A stretch of DNA of 64,000 nucleotides from Epithemia pelagica (taxonomy: Eukaryota > Protista > Bacillariophyta): contig OX337230.1 of assembly GCA_946965045.2 (NCBI GenBank), positions 3,410,001 to 3,474,000 on the forward strand, in the 5' to 3' direction. The notes under the pieces are model-generated. The model searched no databases. It was not told where the DNA came from and was given only the letters and a program-made list of their open reading frames with translations. Below, piece after piece: positions 23,204 to 36,186 of the stretch. The position numbers and the translations under genes were made by a program. Position 1 is the stretch's first letter; each line of letters begins with the position of its first letter.

Positions 23204-23466
23204 GTCTCGTACAGCAATGCCACACCTGAGAGATGTAGTTCTTGTTTTTACCGTCAAACCACCACTTCTACCTTGGACGTGGTGTTTCTCCAACAAGAAA
23301 TGGATGCATCCATTGCCTGCCTGCATACTATTCCCCTGTTGCGTACACACTGTGATAGACCCCCATGAAATCATTGCATATTTCCAAGAACTGCTTCCAT
23401 TTGCTTTTCATTCCCTGCGTACATTCTACCAATCTTCACTTTCTCTCTCTGCAAACTGATACACAC

Positions 23467-23610
23467 ATTCTATACAAACGAGAAAGCGCAGCGTGGTGAC
23501 CCTGCTATACCCAACGAAACCTTTGGTTCTCAATACAATTCTATACAAACGAGAAAGAGCAGCGTTGTGTCCCTGCTACCCCGCGAAACCTTCGGTTCTC
23601 TCTCTATACA
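23467..23610. repeat. ~71-bp imperfect tandem duplication
   Basis: attctatacaaacgagaaag(c/a)gcagcgt(g/t)gtg(a/t)ccctgcta at 23467 and 23538. Confidence 0.75.
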
Positions 23611-24077
23611 TTGACCTATACATACACATTCTGCTTCTGTATGACACCATTTCTCTATAGTTCTCTTTGCACATACAATGTAGTAGTTTGCCTTTCTATA
23701 AATGGTATATTCGTACAAATAATGGTGACTGGTCATGGTTCGCTCGAGGGCGCACACGACACATCCGTGTGTCGGTTCGAGCCAAAAAGGAACGACCCAT
23801 TCCTGTGACGACTGGTGGGTCTCGTACTGCAAGCACTCCACCCCCTGGTGAGCTGCACTCCGAGCTGCACCTCCGATGCGCCATGGTCGGGTGATTCGAC
23901 GCCAGCACGTCACTAGTTTTTCTTCCAACACTTCTACTCCAAGACGCGACCGAGAGAAGTTTCCGTGGAAATCGTAAGGCCACGCCTGGTGCGAGTCCAG
24001 AGGGAGAGAAGCTTCCTCGGAAATCGTGAGTGCCCTGAAGTGCACCAAACCAGTGGATGCCGTTTCGTGGGGGTTCC

Positions 24078-25716
24078 TCAAATGCTAAACAAGATCAAGG
24101 AGAGCGCCACCAAAAACATGCCAGCCACACAGGTCCACGTGACCAAGGTGCCTTGGGGATGAAATCGAAAGGCCATGGGCAGCAATTCATCCAAACAAAT
24201 GTAGACCATCATGCCGGCCACACCACCAAACAAGATTCCATAGGCTTGTCCGGAAAAGGAGGATTGCAAAATAAGCCATCCAGTCAAGGCTCCCAAGGGT
24301 TCGGACCATCCGGAAAAACAGCCCCACCAAAAGGCGGTCCATCGACTGCCCGTCGCGTAATAAATGGGCATGGCGACACACAAGCCTTCCGGAATATTGT
24401 GAATGGCAATGCCAATCGCCAAGGCGACCCCAACGGCCGGATCTTCCACGTAGGCAACAAAGGTGACGAGACCTTCTGGAAAATTGTGCAAGGCAATGGC
24501 TGCCGCTGTCACGAGACCCATGTGAAACAATTGCGCTTGTTCTTGTTTGGCAGGCGCCGCATGGGGCGGCAACAACAACTTGTCGTCATCATCATTTCCA
24601 TTGTGCGAGGGATCGTGACTGCCACTGCCCACCGTCACAACACAGGTGGGTTCGGTACGTGTGGTGGTAGCCGCGGAACTAAAGCCCGTTTCAACCAATT
24701 CCAGCAAATCACTCACGGGAGGAAGACTGCCCGTCGGATCCTTGGTTCGATCTACCAACAGTAGAGTGGACTGTTCTTGTTGGTTGTGATGGTGGTGGCT
24801 GCTATTGCTGCTGTTACCCACAAGATGAGTCGAATGACTACTTCGCAAACAATCATGTTCACTACTTTCTTGAGACGACGATAAGGACGACGGTTGATGT
24901 TGCGTTTGCCACAAAAAAGTCGCAGGATGATGAGGTGGAGCAATCACAGAGGACGATGACACCGAGGAGCCTGTGGCCATTGTGGTTGTTTCGTCCGAGG
25001 TCAAGGTCTCATTCGCTGTTGCACTGGACAATGGTGGTGATTCTACCAGCTTTTTCGAACTAAAAGGATTGCCTTCCTCTTCTTCTTCTTCCTTGTCCTC
25101 ACTCGAGTCTGCATTTGGACTGTTTCGCAACAAGGCCAATTCTTGATTGCGTGCCACCATTTCTTCCATGCCCAATTCAAGCTGAAATTCAGTTTCACTC
25201 GTGCACTTGTGAATCAAGACATCAATGGCCTATATGAAATTGGAAAAACACAGGACAAGGACAAGAGGAAGCAGCATTGGTATGGTAAGGACAAGAACAC
25301 AGAACCATCATCATCATTGTCAAGCCGAACCGTGTCAAAGATCGGAACCTCCACCAAGATTCTTTGGCAAATCTTGAACAACAAACAACTCGTACCTTCA
25401 TGAGCAAGATACCGGCAAAGAAGGAAAAGGTGGTATAACAAAAGGCTTGATCGGCCGTGTATCCCTGATCTTGAAAGCCCGTCATGGATTTGGTATAAAT
25501 ATCCACCAAACTCACATAGAGCATGACACCACTGGCAAAGCCCAAGGATGCGGCCAAGACATCGGCCGTAGCCCATTGCGCCAAGGACGGATAAAAGACG
25601 GAACAACTTCCCAGTGCTGTGGCACCCGCTGCCGCCAAGACCAAGACAAAGGCACGACCGGTTCGTGCCGTCACCAACACGCCCGTCGTGGCTGGATCAT
25701 TCCCAAACAAGGTCAT
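24078..25716 (-). CDS. ZIP/ZupT-family metal (zinc/iron) transporter, copy 1; exons 25716-25396 and 25229-24078 (~490 aa)
   Basis: LGFASGVMLYVSLVDI, ALHNFPEGL, AIHNIPEG, SGWSEPLGA, AGMMVYICLDELLP. The GT-AG intron 25395-25230 joins the two ORF-track ORFs in frame. Confidence 0.9.
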
Positions 25717-27349
25717 TGTTCTTGTTCTGGTTGTGTTGGTTTTGCTAGTTTGTTGGTGGCAACAAATGAGAATCTCGAACTGAATCTCCCCTACCACAAA
25801 CGAGGAATACAATGACTGATACCCACGACAAAACAAACTCGATATACGTTCAACAACACGGAGCAGCCGAAACGGGCTTGTGCTGGCTGCTGTGGGTGCA
25901 ATCTCATAGCAGCGCAAATCTCAAAGACTCAACGCGATAATGCGAATCCTGTCGTGCACTGCGTCAATCACGGTGTCATCGCGTGCAATGGCGAATCTTG
26001 GTGACTTGGCTTCTCTCTTGTTTGCATTCGCTGCGAAGAAAGGGACTTGTGTTCTTTGCAAGCTGCTTTGGGCATGCCACGTGCAAATGCACCCACGGCA
26101 CTCGTTGTGTGCAGTGGGAGTCGCACGAAACACGTCGGTGCTAGCGAACGTCTGCGACATCACTGCGACTGCAAAGTTCGGTCGCAAGCGCGACCGCAAC
26201 ATCAACTTCCGGGTTCGGAAAACACGTGCCGTCGTGTGGCCGGCGTGATGGGAACGTGTCCGTTGCAGGGCGCAACCAAAGAAAGCAAGAAGGTGCAACA
26301 TCAAGACGCAACCATGATGTCCCCACCGAGAGAGGAGCATGTGAATGTGGGGTGTCTTCTCTAGATTGGAGCTCCACTCTCCACGCGCAGTCACTTGTCA
26401 CGCGTCACTCACAGTGTGTGTCTTTCTCATGACCAGACGAGTGTGTCATTCCCATTTGCGATTGTTTGTTGTGGTGATGGTGTTTGCATCGTGCATCGTC
26501 TCGTGCCCGCAGGGGCAGGATGTGTGGTTCTCACCCACTGGAGACACTACAAAGTAGACACACGATTGTGAAACTGACCATGGCAACCAAGCAGTTGCCA
26601 CGCAACCCCCAAAAACAAAGAAAACAAGGACCCAAGCTGGTGCAACGTCTGTCACGAGCAACCATGATCCACCAAGAGACGCATGTGGGGTCTCCTCGAG
26701 TCACTCGCCATGTCTCAACACCCGAAACTTGTGCCTTTGGGATTCATGCATGATGATTGTTGTGTTGGTGGTGTTTCCAGTGCCTTGCATCCTCTCGTGC
26801 CCAAATTGGCATGTGTATTTGTTCCAGACACGACACACCACACCACAACACGGAAACGATGGCCTTTATCATCAAAGAATGATGATGATCTTGGTCGTGA
26901 CAAGCAAACCATTGGATGTTTTGAACCCAAATAGGATACAGCAATCACCCAGAATGGATCCAACCAGATTTTCCTTCCATTCCAATCACACAGGACGCTT
27001 CATCATTCAGCGGTCCAGATCAACAACAACAACAACAATGTCAGATCTCCAAGACGACAAACGTCTTTTTGGATTTGGATTGGTAAGGATCATGGTGGTA
27101 CCAACTCTAGATTATAGAGATACCAAAGAAGTGACTGGATGGATACCAAGTCAGGGTTTGTCTTCTTTGTTGCAGTGGACTGCAAGGCCCACCAACGACA
27201 GGCCGTTTGTTCCACAGCCAGCTGGTCCGCGAAGGCACGCCCGACGCCCTCGCGCAGGAGCGACCACCCAGCACCACAAACCACAACAACGACGAAAGAC
27301 AAAGACAAAGAGGAGTTGTTGGATTTGGCGCAATAGGATAATCTTTGAA

Positions 27350-28123
27350 ATGAAGGAGCAGCACATTCGACAGGCGTATGCCGTGAGCCTTTGGTTCCTG
27401 GTCGTTCTCACACTGACGCCAGTGGTGGTCGGCGTTCCTTATACGATCCTTTCATCTCCATCGCAAAAATGTGTCTTCCTGGAAGTGTCCAATGAAATGG
27501 TGGTGACGATTGAATATCACGCACCCGATGTCGTCGTACCGAACAACAATGGCAAACAGGACATGTCTCTCCTGGTGTTCCAGAACAAGAGTCCCAAAAA
27601 GACTTCGAATCGTCGAAGCACGGGATCTTCTCGGATTCGTACCGAGATTGAAACACCCCAGGGCGCCGTTCACTTTTACACGGGGAACAGCGGAGGAGGG
27701 CAATTGGAAATTTGTCGCCAATCCTTCCAGGCGACACCGGCGGCGCCACGTCGGATTGCGCTCAACATTACGCAGCGAGCGGCCACGGCGCAGGAACAAG
27801 AACAGAACGCGCCCATTCTCGATGAAGTGAAGCCGCAGAAAAAAGAAACAATTCCAGAGAAAGAAGAACAAGGGACGGCATTCTTGAATGTGGAATCGAG
27901 CCGCATATCTCTGGAACTGGGTCGTATGGAAGAGAAACTCCACGAGTTGGCGTCTCATTCGGAACGTTCGCGAGACATGGAACAAGAGTTTCACCAAAAG
28001 CAAGTCCAGTTACAGGGAGCGGTTCGATATTGGCCCATGGTTCGAATCAGTGTGGTACTCATTGCGGGAGTGGCCCAAGCGATTTGGGCTGTCAATCACA
28101 TGAAGAGTCGCCATGTGTTTTAG
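27350..28123 (+). CDS. emp24/gp25L/p24 (GOLD-domain) cargo receptor; likely start MKEQHIRQ at 27350
   Basis: Signal peptide (AVSLWFLVVLTLTPVVVG), GOLD Cys pair KCVFLEV ... GQLEICRQS, coiled coil, TM VRYWPMVRISVVLIAGVAQAIW, short basic tail. Confidence 0.8.
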   Translation: MKEQHIRQAYAVSLWFLVVLTLTPVVVGVPYTILSSPSQKCVFLEVSNEMVVTIEYHAPDVVVPNNNGKQDMSLLVFQNKSPKKTSNRRSTGSSRIRTEIETPQGAVHFYTGNSGGGQLEICRQSFQATPAAPRRIALNITQRAATAQEQEQNAPILDEVKPQKKETIPEKEEQGTAFLNVESSRISLELGRMEEKLHELASHSERSRDMEQEFHQKQVQLQGAVRYWPMVRISVVLIAGVAQAIWAVNHMKSRHVF

Positions 28124-28991
28124 AACGAGGGAAGGAACGTGTGTCTGGGAGATTCCGTTAATGACCCAGAACGAATGCCCAAAAGATTCTCGAAGGATCT
28201 ATCGAATGGAGTGAATTTTCAATGAGTATAGTAGCCACGAATAGAACAGTCTCGATTCTCAATGTTGGCAGAGACTCGAACAACTTTTTCAAAGCCTTGA
28301 GCAAGCAGCGAACGGAAAAGAACCCATTAAACTTTGAAGCAGTAGAAGTATCACTACATGCCACTATCGAAGAGTGAAGGATTGCTCTGGAAATTGAAGT
28401 ACCATCTTGCGCAATCCTGACAAGTCTCATTTTACAAAAAGAACAATGAGCTAGGTTCTGATTGGTGCTGTATTCTACATTTATATAGTTCGTGTGGACC
28501 CTATTGTACATACAATTATGGTTTCTCCTTCTTTGCCGTTTGTTTGTTCAGAGGGAGCAGCCACAGTGGCTCTCGTTTTGGAATCCAACCCCAAAGAGAG
28601 CACAGTGTCCGCAGCGACAAAGAATTGGAAACTCGTTTCTAGTCTGTCACAAGAGGATGAATGTGCAGTAGTATACTGATGAACAGGAAACAGTAGTTTG
28701 TTTATGCGTCACGGTCGTGGTAGTAGTGGTTGTGGAAGAGTTGGTTGTAGGCTCGTAAGGCAAATGGGAAGGTTGTACAATGCCGCCCGAAGGCTTCCAT
28801 CGCACGCAGCAGCAAGTGAACAGAACATTTCTGGAACCGCACTGCACTCATTTCCAGATACTGCAGTGTCCAGTTGATACAACTTGTCCAGTGCACCGGC
28901 ATTGTCGCGCTGATTTCTGCTCTTGGACGAGTGGTGGAATGGGCAACCGATCGATCGATGGAACGTTTGTGTGGGTCTGGATTCATCTCTC

Positions 28992-30810
28992 TTAAAAGGC
29001 ACTTTTGAAGAGCATGAGCGAAATGGCCACGAGGGACATGCCGGCGAGGCAGGTCCATGTGACAATGGTCCCTCGAGCATCAAATTTAAAGGCCATGGGC
29101 AACAATTCATCCAAACAAATAAAGACCATCATGCCCGCCACCATACCGTACAAGATACCATAGGTATCGCCCGAAAAGACGCTGTTGCGTAAAATGAGCC
29201 AGGCAAAGAGTGCTCCCAGAGGTTCCGAACTAAAGCAACACAAGGTGCCCCAGACAAAGCCCTTCCATCGATCGCCGGTTCCGTAATAAATGGCCATGGC
29301 AACACACAACCCTTCGGGAATATTGTGAATGGCAATCCCAATGGCCAAGGCCACACCGACTGCCGGGTTTTCAATATACGTGACAAAGGTCACGAGGCCC
29401 TCCGGGAAATTGTGCATGGCAATTGCCATGGCGGTTGCCGCACCCATGGATACCAAGTCTTTACTACGACCAGGACCACCACTCGCACCTTGTGGATGTG
29501 GCGGTGCTGCCTCCAGAGGCATGGGTGCACCCGAATGATGACGATGATGATGTGAGGAATGGTGCCCACTGGTTTGTGGGAGTGGTGGTTGTTGTGGGGG
29601 TGGTGACACGGTTTGTCGCGTCGTACTGGGTAAGGAAGATGCCGTTTCCGGTGTGGGAGGACGTCCACCAGCACCTCCACCACCAATGGTGGTGATTGTT
29701 TCGGTCACACTGCTTGTCGTATTCAACGTGGTATTGGGATTGTGGAAATAGCGACTGTTGTCGTCATGGGCTTGTGGGTAACAATCTACCATGGATTCCA
29801 ATGGATTCGTTCTTGTGGTCGTCGTCGTAACAAAGCCATTTTCCACCAACTCGAGGACTTGAGAGACGGGAGGCAAGGCCGATGTCGATGACAACATGGG
29901 AATCGGAGAAGCCTTGCCAGTCGATACCACCAGTGGTAACATTGTGCCATGATGATGATGATGATGATGGTGCTGTTTCATGGGTGGTTCTTGTCCGCCC
30001 CCTGAAAAGGACGAGGCAGACGATGACGAGGACAAATCCTTGTGGTGCAACATGGGATCAGCCGAAGTACCATGATGAGGCCAATGAGATTGACATTCCA
30101 AAAACACCTCTTCGCCATCGTCTTCTTCTTGTTGTTGATGTTGTGGCTCGCTCCCATTCCACGGTTGAGGTTTGGACGAGCCTTGGTATTGATTGCGAGC
30201 TACCAGTTGTTCCATCATTCCAGATTCGTCTTCGTATTCATCTCGATTCGTGCATCGTTTAATGGACCAATTGATAAACTGTGCACAAGAGAAAACCATA
30301 ACATGAGAAACTATAACAATTGGACGAATCCAATTCGACATGGAAACGTATCGAATAGAAACAAGCCTATTACAATAGACGTATACGACACGTACGTACC
30401 TTCATGAATCCAATTCCGGCAAAAAAGGCCAAAGTGGTATAGCAAAAGGCATTGTCTTCGGAATGACCTTGTTCGACAAAGCCGGCAATGGCCTTGTTGT
30501 AAATATCCACCAAACTGACATAGAGCATGACGCCACAGGCAAAGCCGAGGGAGGCCCCCAGGATGCGGGCCGTGGCCCAATCGGCCAAGGCTGGATAAAA
30601 GACGGCACAACTGCCAATAGCCGTGGCCGAAGCGGCCATGACCACCAAAGCAAAGGCCGACAAGGCGCGATTGTCCGAGACTGCGGCAGACGATGTGGAT
30701 GTCGCCATGGCCGCGGCATCTTCTGGGGATGCCGATAAGGGAGAGGCCCAAAAGGTTTCGTGTTCGGTCGAATGGTCCATGGTTCCTGGATACATCAATT
30801 TCCAAACCAA
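28992..30810 (-). CDS. ZIP/ZupT-family metal transporter, copy 2; exons 30810-30400 and 30278-28992
   Basis: Same motifs (AMHNFPEGL, AIHNIPEG, SEPLGA, DELLP). Intron 30399-30279 at the same codon position as copy 1 (after MK). His8 and other His-rich tracts in the loop. Confidence 0.9.
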
Positions 30811-31540
30811 GAATCAATCGATTCCTTCAAAAATCAGTGTTGGTTGCCACCACCACCTTCAGCTGACAACACTGGAGAGGAATCTCAAGATCCAGTGTTC
30901 CCCAAAGAAAAAGTCAAGGAAACAGAAGAGAAGCGCTCGTTCTTATATTCGCAATGGGAAACGATCGGACGTGCTTTTCTCGGTTCGGTCTTGGAGACCA
31001 CTCCTCTCAACCAAGAGTTGCAAGAGGCAACCTCCACAGCAACCGAATCTAAACGCAGCAACGCAACACCAGAGACACAACCACAAACGGCTCAATAATC
31101 CAGCAATCAATGGAACTGTTGTGTGTTCTGGTATTCCTGTTTTCTTGTTTGCAGTAGTGGCTTTGAGAATTGGAATGTGTGTTGATGTGGAACCCAACAG
31201 AAGGAGAGACTACTCGAAAGACACTCACGGAAGTGTCACCCAACAGAAGGCAGGGACACAAGATCCACGACAGAAAAAAGAAGCAGACAACCGGATGCTG
31301 CTGCTTGTTGTTGTGTCGATTTGAGAACCTGTTATCTGTTATTCGATACTGCTACGGGACAAACACCTCCACCGGCTGTGTCTGTGACTCGCAATTGGCA
31401 GACGGAATGAAGCGGCAATGGCCGTTGACCCAATACTGTGTGGTGACACCGGCTGCTCGCACTGCCTTTGGGCGTGTCTGTTGTGGCGACAGCAGCGGGG
31501 CAGGTTTTTGTGGGTGCGTGTGTGAGAGTTGTGTGGGAAG

Positions 31541-31654
31541 TACCCCCAAGTAGGGGTGAATATTTGGGTCGCACATGTGTCGTGAATTCGAGGTGCATAG
31601 TTGCACACCACAATCGAATCACTAATCTTCATGACTCACCCCCGCTGGGGGTTA
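31541..31654. mobile_element. Tiny MITE (~114 bp) of the TAYCCCCAGCGGGG family, upstream of ZIP copy 2
   Basis: Left TACCCCCAAGTAGGGGTGAAT; right end reverse-complements to TAACCCCCAGCGGGGGTGAGT. Flanks TGTGGGAAG / TGTGGGAGG (8 of 9 match). Confidence 0.65.
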
Positions 31655-32444
31655 TGTGGGAGGGTCTTGTGTCTTTTGAAACCGATCGAAGTCGTCGGAA
31701 CAGATGGAATATTGGTCGCACATACCCTGGCTTCCGTCCTTGGGACGGCAACGAAGCGGCAACGAACCGGCAACGAACCGAAGCCCGACATCCACTCATA
31801 ACACTCTTGAGCGTTTTTAAGAATCAAATATCGATACATGGTGAACGCGATTTGCACGTCGGAAACGCTGGATTCACTGACGTATGCTTGAGCTTCCGAA
31901 TTCGGAGCCCGATTCTCATCCCCTCCTCCTCATCATCTTGTGGTCCTGGACCATGAGAATCCGAATATTCTCACGACAGTCGACAGCAGACGACCATCAG
32001 AACGAGTGGTGGTGGTGGTCGTCGCCCTCCCACATCACAGGGCGACAAGGGACCAACATCAACAACAACAAGCAAGAGTTTTCCAAAAGATTCGAATTCG
32101 GGCCTCAAGAGTAGCCAGCTGTGTGTGTCCCTGGACCTCCGGCATGTTCACACGAGTGCGGTGCTTCTCTCGTGGCTTTGTCCACATAGGACGAATCGCA
32201 TGATGGAACCACCACCACCACCAAGAAACCCCCCTGTCATCAGAAGAAACCAAATGGCCCAGTTCGGCCGCAAACTGCCACCAAGTTCCAAGTGAGACAT
32301 GCCGTTTCCGTTGAGTGATGGACGGATCCACAACAGAGAAAGAGAGAGGGAGAGAGAAAGAGAGGACAAATCACAAAATGGCCAACAAACAAAACTGAAA
32401 ATTATTGACACTACAAGAAGAAGAAAACCAGATTACGGTACCGG

Positions 32445-33346
32445 ATGGATCACTACAGCATAGTGTATTATATTCGGAGGTCCGACCGACTCGGCAACGA
32501 CAGGAAAGCATGGACGACCGTGCAACACTGCCCACTCGTTCCAGGATGGTTTGTTTGTTTCGACGGGGAGAATGGGTCGGTCATTTGCCCACACAACTCT
32601 AGAGGATCCAGCGAGCGATTGGGTGCAAGCTGGACGACCACAAATAAGAATGGACTCGAGTAGGCAGCCATGTGGTGGAGGAGCGACTGCGGACCAATTC
32701 TACCACACAAGAGCGTCCCGTGAGATATTATATCCAAGAGAAGAACTACAAGGACGACTACAGAATATGGTGAAACACTGGGGAAATGCATACGGAGAAC
32801 TGCCACAACTAGATGGTATCATGTCAAACGACTGGCCTAGCAATAGCAACAACCGCACAATTGAGTGCAAGTGTAACTACAAGAACAACCGCTTCGCTAC
32901 CCTTGTGGTCCGCCCTTTCACTGAACCAAGTTTGCTCGAGAATGTCTCGTTGCATTGCAAAGCACTACTACAACCAGAACGGCGGCAGTTGCCTATAGGA
33001 AGGGTGGTGACTGGTGAAAATGTTCCGCAAACAACAAGGCGTCAGTGAAACCGACATGTATCGACAAGCCATGTCGTCACAAACCTGCCTCCATGATTCA
33101 TCCAGGGGTGGTTGGGCTTTGCACAAAGGACGTATGAACCTTTGCAACAACGACGTTGTCTCATGGCGAATCTTGCCGATGCAATTATATCTGACACTGT
33201 CAATCCCAGACATTAACTTGCCATTCCGACTGCAGCTGAACGAAACATACCTGGCGGGATGGTTTGGGATGCTTTATTCAAGGCAAGAACAAGACGCATC
33301 CATGCGCGTACAAGCACATAGTGGAGAGCGTCCACGTGTAGTATAA
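32445..33346 (+). pseudogene. Probable disrupted coding remnant, family unresolved
   Basis: Protein-like stretches in alternating frames (YYIRRSDRLGNDRKAW..., VKHWGNAYGELPQLDG..., KMFRKQQGVSETDMYRQAM...) broken by stops and frameshifts. Confidence 0.3.
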
Positions 33347-34029
33347 AATCAGCATTAGATTTTGTCTTGACTTATAATAATATTTCAGACAATCATCCAT
33401 CACCGAGGGCATGACCATGAAGGGACTTCGAAGCGCTACTAGCGCCATCAAAAATCAAGACACTGACAACACGACACCAAATCACTCCAAGAGGTCGAAG
33501 CGCCATTAGCTGGAATCGAAAATTGAGATCTCGACATAGGCAGAGGGTGTCCGTGTCTTGGGACAACTCTGATCCGGGACCGTAAGTGCGCTTGATTCTG
33601 GTCTTGGTCCATATGTATTACATCGAGGGCTATTCAATTCCCATGATGTCATGGACTGACATTACTCGTCTATTTATTGTGTGTTTGGGATTTATGTCCA
33701 AGCTGTTTTTTAGCATTTCACGCACGCAAGTCGTCGGTGTCTGTGCACCAAGCACGTGAATAACTTCCAAGCGTTCTTCCCTAAGAAAACCCCGTTTCTG
33801 TCCATTGCCTTGCATGGCTGTGAAGTTCTTGTGAGATGCATCCACCGCTCAGAGCCATGCCGAAATAATTATGTGGATCTTGGCTGTCTTGTAACAAACG
33901 CGCACACCAAACCCAACGACGAATCTCGACAAAGATTTCGTCCGTTCGATCATCCTCTCACAAATCGATGAACTCTCAACTTTACAAGCACATCAACAGC
34001 CAATTCCAACAACAACAAGTTGCACAAAC

Positions 34030-34530
34030 ATGACAGCCGGATGCTCCTCCAGAAGAATCTCGCTCAATAATACGCGCAGAAACAGTCATGCATACAGTGC
34101 CAAGACACAAATGACCATGATCCCAGGAAAGTTCGGCTTCCAGAGTGCCCATGCTCTTATCAACCGTGAACGTGTCAAGAGACGCCGCAGCTGCCTCAAG
34201 CGATGTGTGGACTTGGATCGATTGTGTCAAGCACACGCTCAAGCTTTGGCTCAGGCCGGTCAGTTGTCCCACTCCGTCGCGACCAAGACGCTGCGAAGCA
34301 GCATTCTCATGGATGCTGTCGTTGGGGAAAATGTCCAACGGGGATCCTCTGTATCCGAAATGCACCATGAAGCCATGACTCGACCAACCTTAATGAAGAA
34401 TGTATTGAATGACCGTTTTTGTGAGTTTGGTGTCGCAACGGCACTGGGGAAACAGGACGGGAAGCTCTATATGGTACAAATGTTTCGTGGCAAGGACGAA
34501 GACGAAGAAGAAGACACGGCCACACAATGA
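34030..34530 (+). CDS. CAP/SCP-domain protein, copy 2
   Basis: HALINRERVKRRRSCLKRCVDLDRLCQAHAQALA...LSH...GENVQRG...NVL...EFGVATALGKQDGKLYMVQMF. Confidence 0.8.
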   Translation: MTAGCSSRRISLNNTRRNSHAYSAKTQMTMIPGKFGFQSAHALINRERVKRRRSCLKRCVDLDRLCQAHAQALAQAGQLSHSVATKTLRSSILMDAVVGENVQRGSSVSEMHHEAMTRPTLMKNVLNDRFCEFGVATALGKQDGKLYMVQMFRGKDEDEEEDTATQ

Positions 34531-34640
34531 GAAGATGAGGAAACGGAAGCCAAGTACGCTTTGAGTCCCTCTTTCTCTCTCATGCAGCGACCGACGACAT
34601 TGTTCCACCTCCCTAATTTTTTGTTTAGTTTTGATAAGGG

Positions 34641-35499
34641 TGCGATTGGGGGGGTACCTTTGTTCGTCCGTCATCCGAATGGAAAAAAATTGTCTCGTAT
34701 TTTTTCCCAAAGCGCCAGCCGGGTGATATCGCCAGCCTCCCTTCAGTCGTTCGAAATCGACGCGCCGGTCACGCCTTGTATTGCTGGCACATGGGGCCAA
34801 GAATCGTCTCACTTTTCGAGCAACACCACAAAAGACGACCATGAGCAGTGAGCACACCAAAAACCAAAAGAAAACCACCCAGCCGGACGAACGACCAAAG
34901 TGACAACTCTTTGGTCAAAACCATCCACCTAGATCACAAGTGAAGGTGGAATGCATCAAAGGAAGGATGACAACATGAAACATCACAATCCACCAGTGCA
35001 ATGAACAATCAACCAGTGCACTGGTTGACAGCGTCATCATGGGGTATGTAAGCCCAGGAAGCAGGAAGCCTAAATTAGTAGAGGACTATGCTTTTATCTT
35101 TCCCATAGACAAAGTGCCAGGAGCTTGTTTTGATACTCCTCTAGAGGTGCATGCACCATGTGTGTGTATTTCATGGTTTGGTGTGCGTGTGTGTGTGATG
35201 ATTCCGTGAAGCTAGATCCACTACTGCGTAAAGAGTACGCGCTTCTGAAACAATAGACTATTGAGTACAAAATGGGCTTGTAGATTTCTTTGTCCATGTC
35301 TTGTCAAGTCTGACGGCTCACGGTCATGCATGAGCGGAAGCGGCTACACAATAAGGCGAAGCCAGTTATTACAGTTGGCTTGGACGTTATAATAATGTGC
35401 TAAATCGAAAGAAATTTGCCAGAAATAATTTTAACATTTTTTAGGAAAATTTGAGAATAACCGTATGGACAGCAGACGGGAGGTACCCCCGCAATCGGA
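34641..35499. repeat. Imperfect inverted repeat pair ~860 bp apart (possible old TIR element)
   Basis: TGCGATTGGGGGGGTACCT (34641-34659) matches the reverse complement of AGGTACCCCCGCAATCGGA (35481-35499) at 17 of 19 positions. No convincing TSD. Confidence 0.4.
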
Positions 35500-35679
35500 G
35501 GGTTTCCCTGTACGACAAATTTGAAATCAGCTTTTTGGATCTACCTAGGTGGATCGACTAGGTAACGAATGACGAACAAAACCGAAGTGTATAGTTGGAC
35601 TTCGTGCGGAAATCCATGTTGTGGAGAACGTTTCGTTACTTCCAAAACGATGCTGTAATGACACTCTAGACTGGTGACC

Positions 35680-35757
35680 AGTGGTCATGCTCTCATGAAC
35701 AGTGAGTGTGTCAAGAGACATCACAGCTGTCTCAAGCGATATGTGGACTTGGATCGA
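35680..35757 (+). pseudogene. Fragment of a fourth CAP gene, closest to copy 2
   Basis: Reads SGHALMNSECVKRHHSCLKRYVDLDR versus SAHALINRERVKRRRSCLKRCVDLDR at about 34144-34221; similarity is lost on both sides. Confidence 0.75.
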
Positions 35758-36186
35758 AAAGACGATGTAACGCTCTCTTGTCGCAACTCGTAACCATGGG
35801 AAAGGAAAGACAGCTCCATGTTTCAACGTACTTGAGCTTATGACCTCTGCTTGGGAAGACCAACATAGTCGATATTGAGGCAAATAAGAGAACCAATACC
35901 CCAAATATCTTAGATGATATTCAAAACTATGCTTGACTAATACACTGAATCAAACTCTGCACTGGCCCTGTCTTTGCCATGTATCTATCGAATTGAAAAT
36001 TGGACGTCAGAAGACGAATGTGTGTTCTCCAATGGTGCCATACGTCAATGGTCATGACCAATTGGGTACTACATCGTCCAAATCAACTGCGGCACGTTGT
36101 CGACATCAGTTCGAGCTCTCGGAATGGGATGCCGCGGATCGTGTTATTCAAGGAACAGGTCTGGGGCTGCTCCAACAAACAATCTC

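Noticed and set aside
26729-27349. N-terminal extension of the p24 ORF (464-aa call)
   Set aside because: It starts at a non-ATG codon and is low-complexity. The signal peptide and GOLD domain begin right after the ATG at 27350.
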